A stretch of DNA of 63,162 bases, the filler included, from Trichomonas gallinae (taxonomy: Eukaryota): the NCBI GenBank assembly GCA_008369845.1. It is 9 parts of 9 records of this genome, joined end to end, with 100 filler letters (N's around TTAATTAATTAA, not from the genome) between each part and the next. Parts side by side here need not be neighbours in the genome. Positions count along the whole stretch, not along the records: positions 54,212 to 61,032 come from MRSU01001602.1; positions 61,133 to 63,162 come from MRSU01001612.1; 7 more parts are not named here. The stretch is one strand, 5' to 3'. A program made the translations under genes and the position numbers. Below the pieces are notes generated by a model. It had not been told where the DNA came from. It did no database searches and saw nothing but the letters and a program-made list of their open reading frames with translations. Of the stretch, positions 56,595 through 63,162 are shown piece by piece (the stretch's first letter is position 1; every line of letters begins with the position of its first letter).

Positions 56595-57017
56595 ATGGAA
56601 GCTCCTGATTCTGAAACTGTTGCAGATCAAGTTCTTCAAATTCTTCAAGATGGCGATGACAATGAATGGGATAACATCAGATTCAATACAGCTTCCGAAC
56701 TGCGCATTAACAATGATTATAAAAAAACGAAAATGAAAATTCAAGACATTTTAAATCAGACGCCAATCAAAAGGAAAATTATGGCCTCATCTACTAATGA
56801 ATATGAAATAGCCGAGCTTGTAGATCTTGGTGGTGGAACAAAACCATACAAAGATGCACTTTCATTACTACTAACACAAGATACTGACTTCGGAAAAGAG
56901 CTATTCAACAGAATCAGCAAGCTTGTCGATGATATCGTAAGTAAGAAGGAAATTGTTCAGAAAACAACTTATTCGGAAATGCCTAAAATTGAGAGTGAAA
57001 CAACTACTCTTCCATAA
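56595..57017 (+). CDS. Small acidic hypothetical protein
   Basis: Likely start MEAPDSE at 56595, directly after an M2-type AAAGTGAC; divergent from the 56507 gene. Confidence 0.7.
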   Translation: MEAPDSETVADQVLQILQDGDDNEWDNIRFNTASELRINNDYKKTKMKIQDILNQTPIKRKIMASSTNEYEIAELVDLGGGTKPYKDALSLLLTQDTDFGKELFNRISKLVDDIVSKKEIVQKTTYSEMPKIESETTTLP

Positions 57018-57456
57018 ATAAAGTAGAGCTAGGTGTAAAATTAATCATGATAATGTTGAAAAGTTACAGCAATTATATTAGATACTAAATCGCTAGCTAT
57101 CAACCATAGAAAACTTGTTAATTGATAATGAAGATCAACACTTACTAGTTTTATCTTCAAAAACATGCAAAAAACTATTTCTGATTTCATTTCAAACATA
57201 ATAATTGTTTGAGTTTAATAGTTTGTTGCTGATGGATCTTCATTACAGTAAACATGTTTGTTATTCAAATATTTATTTCGATTTTTCAAATCTATGCTAA
57301 TGTATAAGTAGTATAAGCAAAATTATTGGATAGTTATCGTGCCAGCTAAAATTATAATGTATTATTGCTAAAGTTTACAAAAACATTTTATATAAAAACA
57401 AAAGTTTGGTAAATAACAATGGAAATTGATGAATTGAATACTACTCAAATTGACAG

Positions 57457-57849
57457 TTATGCTCTTCGCGTTGAATTTTGTAGCTGCTCTAAGATTTGCT
57501 CAGCTTCAGCGATTTCGGCCTTTAATTGCTGTACTTCTATTTCGGAAATTGCTGCTGTCCTGGTGAGAGTCTCTACACGTTGCCTGAGAATTCTATTTTC
57601 AGAGACAATCGGATTTGTTGTTGTTGGAACTGCTTCAGGATTTGTTTCGTCAACCCATTTTCCATTGTTGGAAAATTCTATTTCATTCCTATTCAGGTGT
57701 ATTGAGAATCCTTGCTCATCAGGCGAAATTCTTCCACGTGGAAATGTTCCCGTCAGCGCTTTTTTCTTCCAACAGTACTGTCTTAGCTCTGGCAATGTTG
57801 GATGATCCTTTGCACACTTTAAAACATTGGACTGATCATCATAGTTCAT
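57457..57849 (-). CDS. Small protein with C-terminal coiled coil
   Basis: ATG 57849 (MNYDDQS); ENRILRQRVETL...LKAEIAEAEQILEQL. Confidence 0.72.
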   Translation of the reverse strand: MNYDDQSNVLKCAKDHPTLPELRQYCWKKKALTGTFPRGRISPDEQGFSIHLNRNEIEFSNNGKWVDETNPEAVPTTTNPIVSENRILRQRVETLTRTAAISEIEVQQLKAEIAEAEQILEQLQNSTRRA

Positions 57850-58795
57850 TCTCAATGTTTACGTTTATAAAATTTAATTTTTGACACGTAAAATCATAAT
57901 TCGAATTTTATTGACAGAAATCAAGATATTACAAAACTAGAGACACAATACCATTAACATACTTTTCATGATATACACCATTATGCAAAACATGTCGAAT
58001 ATTGACCTTTAAAACAATCTATATTCAATTTTTTATGAATTATGTTTTTTAATGACTGTATTTGAAATAGCATCAATACAGCTAGTAAAAATATAATCAT
58101 ATGAATATTAAGGAGCTATTGTTAAAATTATAAACCAAATGTTTATGAGAGTTGAGTAGTAATGTGGCAGCTAAAAAGATATTAGCAATTGGAATTATTA
58201 GGTAAGAAGAAAACTCTGTGTGTTAGTTGAATAATAATTTTTTTTTTTCTTGATTACTTTCGCTCAGGCGTCATTATCATCAGTGTGCAGCAACACGGAT
58301 TTTTATCGTCATTGCGGGCTAATCAGGAAAAATATTGTGAATACATACTGCTTGTTCTACTTCGATAATAATGGCCGTATAACCGTTTTTATCGTCGCAT
58401 ATTTGGGTCTTCTTGGAATTGTCTTAAAACATTGAGTTTTAGGAAATATTCATGACACTATTAAATCTACCACTGCGAGGAGACATATTAACATCCCGAA
58501 TGCGAGTGAGATATTTAGGTGAACATACTTTGTAATACCTCCCATAATATGACAATGTAAACAGTTTTTTGACATGTAAAACATAAAATTTGACAAAGCA
58601 AAAGATATGATTCGGAATGCTTATCTTTTCACACAAAGTCATATAACAAATTGGGTATTAAAAGAACTGAAACGCGAAATGATTGAACGTTTTCATCAAT
58701 ATTATTTATTAAATTTATTATATTTTTAATCCAACATATATAAAGGAAAATTTATAGACTAGTATTATATTAGCAGATATCAAAGATATCTGAAA

Positions 58796-59509
58796 TTATG
58801 CGATATTATATTTCGCACGCTGTCCTTTCTTGTAAACTGTGTAAACTGTAATGCAAAGGATTGAGCTTATTACGAGGCCAGCTACAACATCATCGACATG
58901 CGAATTTCGATCCCAAATTCTTGTTGCTCCAATCAAGAAGGCCAAAAATATAGGGAATAGCCTTAAAACAAGTATAATCATATTGAATCGTGGCCAGAGA
59001 TCCGAGAAAAACAAGCTTAAAAATAAAAGCGATGCCATTGCTTCTGCTGTATGAACAGATGGATAAGATGTAAACTGTGTTCTTAGTTCTGCTGAAGAAA
59101 GCACATTTAGGCATCTCTGGAAGCTTCCATCACCACCACAAATTGCAATGGTGTCTGGCCGAGGTCTTCCAATGAATCTAGCCAAAGAATTTGTTACTAG
59201 TAAGTTTAAACCGATTGTGAAGTAATAAGCGGTTAAAGTTTTGCGAGCTGATATTGTTTGAGATACGAAAACTATAATTAAGAACATAAGAAGTGGTACA
59301 GCAGCATATTCGACGATTAAAATGACGATATATGGAATTGTTGACATTTTTCTTTCTTCTGTGATATCTATATCGATATATTCGTTGAAATCTTTATTAA
59401 ATTTAATTCCAATGGAAATAAATCCAGCTATATTGATAAGGATTATAAGAATCCAGTCGAATAGCTGATATTCCTTTATAAATCCTCAGATAGTTTGAAA
59501 AACTCCCAT
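58796..59509 (-). CDS. PAP2/lipid phosphate phosphatase-like protein with degenerate active site and an in-frame TGA at codon 8
   Basis: IGRPRPD, SYPSVH and TRIWDRNSHVDDV motifs. The frame extends 54 codons upstream of 59347 to ATG 59509 (MGVFQTI*GFIKEYQLFDWILIIL...), adding the expected first TM helix. Confidence 0.78.
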
Positions 59510-59734
59510 TTCTAACAATTTTACATGACAAAAATCATAATTACATGACAAATACAAAACTGAAATTACATGGCAAATATTCAAAAATTTATAAAACATT
59601 GAGTTTTCTAGTTGATAATTATGTTCAGTTCAGTATCATCATTTGATTGTAATGTTTATACATCATAATATACAAGTTCAAAATATGAAAATATATAATA
59701 ATAGAGTTTCAAATTTTGATTTTTTTAGATCATA

Positions 59735-60080
59735 ATGACTATACACGCTGAAAGTGATATTTCATATACATTAGTAGCTGGTGGAATACAAATTGGTGCT
59801 GGAATTGGACCTTGTCTTGAAAATTCGGTAAGACTTGAAAAATTAACAATTTCTGATGTATATGACGATAAAAAAATTATATCTATTGGTCCATATGCTT
59901 TTGGAAAATTTGATGTTTACCATTGCGATATTCTAGAATTAATTATTTCCAATAATTTAATAAAAATTGAATCTAGAGCCTTTGAGACATCTGTTATTGG
60001 AAAATAATCTTATCTTCATTAAAAGAAGGGTATTACAGATATTTTAAGGAGATTCCACTTCGCTTTTCGCGCGCTGAATA
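59735..60080 (+). pseudogene. BspA-like (TpLRR) surface protein fragment
   Basis: IISIGPYAF...ILELIISNNLIKIESRAF; ends after about 2 repeats with frameshifted remnants. Confidence 0.65.
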
Positions 60081-60173
60081 AAATTGCACATTTCGTTCGC
60101 TGATAAAAAGTGAGAATTCGTACATCCCTAATCTTATTCTTTATACAAACAAATTAATAAAATATTATTTTGA

Positions 60174-61032
60174 TTAGGGAGTAAATGGCTTTCTTTCAAA
60201 GTAACCCTTAATATGATTGAATCTTTCAATTGGAATCGCGGAAACAGACTCAATGGTTGGAATATCACCCAGTCCTTCTAAATTAGCTGAAACGGTGAGG
60301 CCAGCACATCCAAACAATGTATGAAATGGATCAGTGATGTGTGGAGGCCTATCTCTCAATCCTCCAGTCGTCATTTGGCATGCGCGCAAGATATATTCGC
60401 GCATTGCAACATCATCCCAGAAAGGTTCGATGTTTAAGTGGTTAGAGATTGTCCTAGCTGGAGAACCAAGCCACCACGAGTAGCAGCTGTCAACAAGCTT
60501 ATTAGTTCTGCCGCAGAAACCTCCGGCATATGGAACTTGGCGGTCAGCAATGTATCTAATTGCTTTATTAATGTTAATAGCGTCCATTCTGTTCAAAATG
60601 TGCAGAATTCCAATGCCACAGTACGTGAATCCACCGTGCGCCTCGCAACCAGGGACAGGAGAGAAGCCGCCTTCATAATTTTGGCAACTTGCTGTAAATT
60701 CAACAAGACCGGAAGCTAACTCAGGTGTGATGATATTAATGATCCAGGCAATGAAAAGAGCAGCGAATGTAGATCTTAAATCGGTTTCGCCGCCCGGATA
60801 CTGCGAAAATGAGCCATCAGGGTTCTTACAGCTCATTAAGAAATCGTAAAATGCTTTCTGGTCAACCATTGAATAAGCTTCCTCGGAATCAAGAAGACCA
60901 AGCAAGATAATATTTCCATATAAAGGAACCATTGTCGGATATGCGTTAATGAAACCTGACCACCCGCAGTATCTGGTTGTGAGATGGTTTCTAAGTAATT
61001 CTATCGAATTTTGTCTGAATTTTTCGTAATCG
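60174..61032 (-). CDS. FNTB: Protein farnesyltransferase beta subunit, 5'-truncated by gap
   Basis: EEAY...DGSF...GETDLRS...CQNYEGG...EAHGGFTYCG...GRTNKLVDSCYSWW...GGLRD...H. The frame stays open upstream of 60932 to the gap (DYEKFRQNSIELLRNHL...). Confidence 0.85.
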
Positions 61033-61209
61033 NNNNNNNNNNNNNNNNNNNNNNNNNNNNNNNNNNNNNNNNNNNNTTAATTAATTAANNNNNNNNNNNN
61101 NNNNNNNNNNNNNNNNNNNNNNNNNNNNNNNNGATACAAAATCTGAGACATCAAATCATCAAGAAGGAATAGATCCAACTCTCTTTATGAAGTCAAATGA
61201 TACAAAATC

Positions 61210-61419
61210 TGACAATTATTTTTCAATTTAAAATTTTATTTACATGTTAGCTGACAATTATTTTTCAATATAAAATTTTATTTACATGTCAGCTGGCAAT
61301 TATTTTTCAATATAAAATTTTATTTACATGTCAGCTGACAATTATTTTTCAATATAAAATTTTATTTACATGTCAGCTGACAATTATTTTTCAATATAAA
61401 ATTTAATTTACATATCAAA
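61210..61419. repeat. Tandem array of five 42-bp repeats directly upstream of the ZIP transporter
   Basis: Unit TGACAATTATTTTTCAATATAAAATTTTATTTACATGTCAGC starts at 61210, 61252, 61294, 61336 and 61378. Confidence 0.95.
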
Positions 61420-61434
61420 TGACAAAAATCATAA

Positions 61435-62337
61435 ATGAAGATAAAGCTTGAGTATCTGAAGTACATCTCAGCTGTAGTTATTTGGATAACCACCCTTCTC
61501 GGCAATGCCCTCCCATTGTGTGTAAAGCAAATCAAGTGGCAGTCTCGTCTTGAAGCTCTTGCAGGCGGAGTTTTCCTTGGTGCCGGCTTAGCACACTTGC
61601 TTGCAGACTCTTTCGAGGAGCTTAGTGAAAGGGTTAAGTATCCTCTTGCTCCAGCAGTCGCTATTTCTACATTTGTTATTCTCACTGGCGTTGAGTTGTT
61701 CACATATGGCGAACATGATGAAGAATTCAAGGTTGGCCATAACCATGACCATAACGAGCACGGTCATACAGAACACCAGTCCTTAGACTCAAACCTTTTA
61801 GCTAGTAATGGTGCAGAAAACGCAGAAACAAATAATGACATGTTTGGAATTGCTAACAAGGGCTTAACAATCCCTACAATATCATTATACATCATCATGG
61901 ATGTTCATTCCGTTATAGAAGGACTTGCTTTGGGAATCATGAAAACCCTTGATGGAGTCATGGCTATTTTCTTCGCAATTGTCGGCCATAAACCAGTTGA
62001 AGCCTTCGCTTTATCACTTATTATCCTCAAAGATAAGCCAAAGAAATGGCTGTTCTGGACATTAGTTGTCCTCTACACAATTATGACTCCAGCTGGCTTG
62101 ATTTGCGGTGTTCTCCTTACAAAATTCGTTGAAAACGCGATTGTAATGGGCGTGATTGCTGCTTTCTCCGCTGGCACATTCTTATTCGTCGGTGCTCACG
62201 AATGGTCCGAAATGTTCGAACATAAATCCCAGTGGGGATGCGGTGAAAAGGGATGGCACTTCGGAATGTTCCTTCTTGGTGTTTTGTGGATGCTTCTTAT
62301 TGCAATCGTCGAAATGCTGAATCCAGAAGAGAGTTAA
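61435..62337 (+). CDS. ZIP family Zn/Fe permease
   Basis: LAGGVFLGAGLAHLL, His-rich loop, HSVIEGLALG, GHKPVEAF, SAGTFLFV; Inr TCATA just upstream of the ATG. Confidence 0.95.
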   Translation: MKIKLEYLKYISAVVIWITTLLGNALPLCVKQIKWQSRLEALAGGVFLGAGLAHLLADSFEELSERVKYPLAPAVAISTFVILTGVELFTYGEHDEEFKVGHNHDHNEHGHTEHQSLDSNLLASNGAENAETNNDMFGIANKGLTIPTISLYIIMDVHSVIEGLALGIMKTLDGVMAIFFAIVGHKPVEAFALSLIILKDKPKKWLFWTLVVLYTIMTPAGLICGVLLTKFVENAIVMGVIAAFSAGTFLFVGAHEWSEMFEHKSQWGCGEKGWHFGMFLLGVLWMLLIAIVEMLNPEES

Positions 62338-62788
62338 GTTTAGTTTTTATATAGAAACTTAAACTTATATTATTATTTTATTTTCAGCTATAAAGTCTTA
62401 TAGTATTATTTAAATTTCATAATTTATTTCCTCTTTTATTAATTAAAAGTATTCTCATCATATAATTTGAGCTCATACAATAGCATATTTCAAAAAAAAA
62501 AAAAAAAAAGCTATTTTAGCATGATTTTTTACAATTCGTTATTATAAATCTGTGGTTTTGATAATTAACGCGAGTTATTAATGGAGCAATGAGTATTTTT
62601 TCTTTTTGATATATAATAATGTTTCTTCTTATATATACATTAAAAATCATATTTTATGATTAATTTGCTCGAAATATCAATGCAAATTGCATTACAATTT
62701 AAATTTATTTTAAAATAAAGATAGTTATGCAATATAGATGTGCAAATCAACACTTTTTATCATCAAGCGAAATGTTTTTTTTACTTTT

Positions 62789-62998
62789 AACAATTGGACA
62801 ACTTTGATGTGGGCTTCATCATGAGGTCATCATGAGGTTGTCAAACTACTTCTATCAGTTCCTGGTATAGATGTTAAAGCATAAGACAATAACAACAATA
62901 CAGCTTTGATTTATGCTTCAAATTTTGGCCAACATGAAGTTGTCAAACATATTCTCTCAGTTCCTGGGTTCGATGTCGACCCTAAAGTTCAGGTTTAA
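62789..62998 (+). pseudogene. Ankyrin-repeat gene relic
   Basis: Translates NNWTTLMWASS*GHHEVVKLLLSVPGIDVKA*DNNNNTALIYASNFGQHEVVKHILSVPGFDV; two internal stops. Confidence 0.88.
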
Positions 62999-63162
62999 TA
63001 TTTTCACATTAATTCATGAATAACCAGCTGCTATTCTTAAATCTGATCGAATATATGTCGTGAACGGAAAAGAGTGCTCAAAAAGTAACAAAATTACATG
63101 GCAGATTTCGCTTTTTTGGCACGTAAATTAATATTCAAAAAAAAAAAAAAAAAAAAAAAAAA

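Noticed and set aside
58450..59488. Genome-wide UGA=Trp or selenocysteine recoding
   Set aside because: Several genes terminate plausibly at TGA, conserved Trp residues use TGG, and no SECIS is recognisable. Kept only as local findings.
24470..61032. RabGGTase alpha and a prenyltransferase beta in one window as a functional cluster
   Set aside because: They are 36 kb apart on different contigs, and the beta subunit is FTase-type; co-occurrence is probably chance.
3023..61132. Repeated TTAATTAATTAA within N runs
   Set aside because: Assembly linker, not biology. ORF ends at these stops (3067, 20141, 54160) are artefacts, and gene neighbourhoods across them are unproven.
61210..61419. CRISPR-like appearance of the 42-bp array
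   Set aside because: Units are contiguous with no unique spacers, there are no cas genes, and the context is eukaryotic.
211..61786. Numerous short antisense or alternate-frame ORFs overlapping real genes (e.g. 6505-6903, 18285-18821, 26547-27086, 35519-35998, 57419-57805)
   Set aside because: Shadow ORFs caused by codon bias of the true CDS.
1..63162. Spliceosomal introns
   Set aside because: I saw no ACTAACACACAG-type trichomonad 3' intron motif and the CDSs read through uninterrupted; very short introns cannot be excluded by eye.

Overview
AT-rich, gene-dense, apparently intron-less eukaryotic DNA, almost certainly from a trichomonad (Trichomonas vaginalis or a close relative). Support: histone H3 ending ...[28 protein letters not shown] initiators, an M3+M5 promoter before a ribosomal-protein gene, and BspA/Pmp/ankyrin family members. 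The window is nine contigs joined by eight artificial 100-nt spacers (44 N + TTAATTAATTAA + 44 N), so adjacency across spacers is not established. It holds about 30 intact or gap-truncated genes: glucosidase II alpha, C1D, a UVSSA N-terminal homolog, a SAPS-like protein, Vps55, DZIP1-like, a HEAT protein, Raptor-like, OLA1, NOL10, a bromodomain protein, VPS9-like, a LisH protein, ZNF598/Hel2, a TPR protein, SMPDL3-like, a PAP2 protein, farnesyltransferase beta and a ZIP transporter. Several genes are missing from the ORF track: the 1..1919 glucosidase, a second glucosidase 3' end, H3, RabGGTase alpha and RPS16. Ankyrin and BspA relics are also present. Most notable: (1) an 82-bp element with AG-repeat termini, TIRs and a 6-bp TSD (candidate mini-Maverick); (2) a pervasive TTTAC-RYG-DCA upstream motif, amplified as a 5x42-bp array before the ZIP transporter; (3) a pogo/Tc1-like TIR element carrying tRNA-like A/B boxes; (4) a long palindrome capped by a GCGAAGC hairpin; (5) in-frame TGA codons at Trp-like positions in two neighbouring units; (6) several apparent pseudo-enzymes. 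All family calls come from motif recognition by eye; no searches were run.
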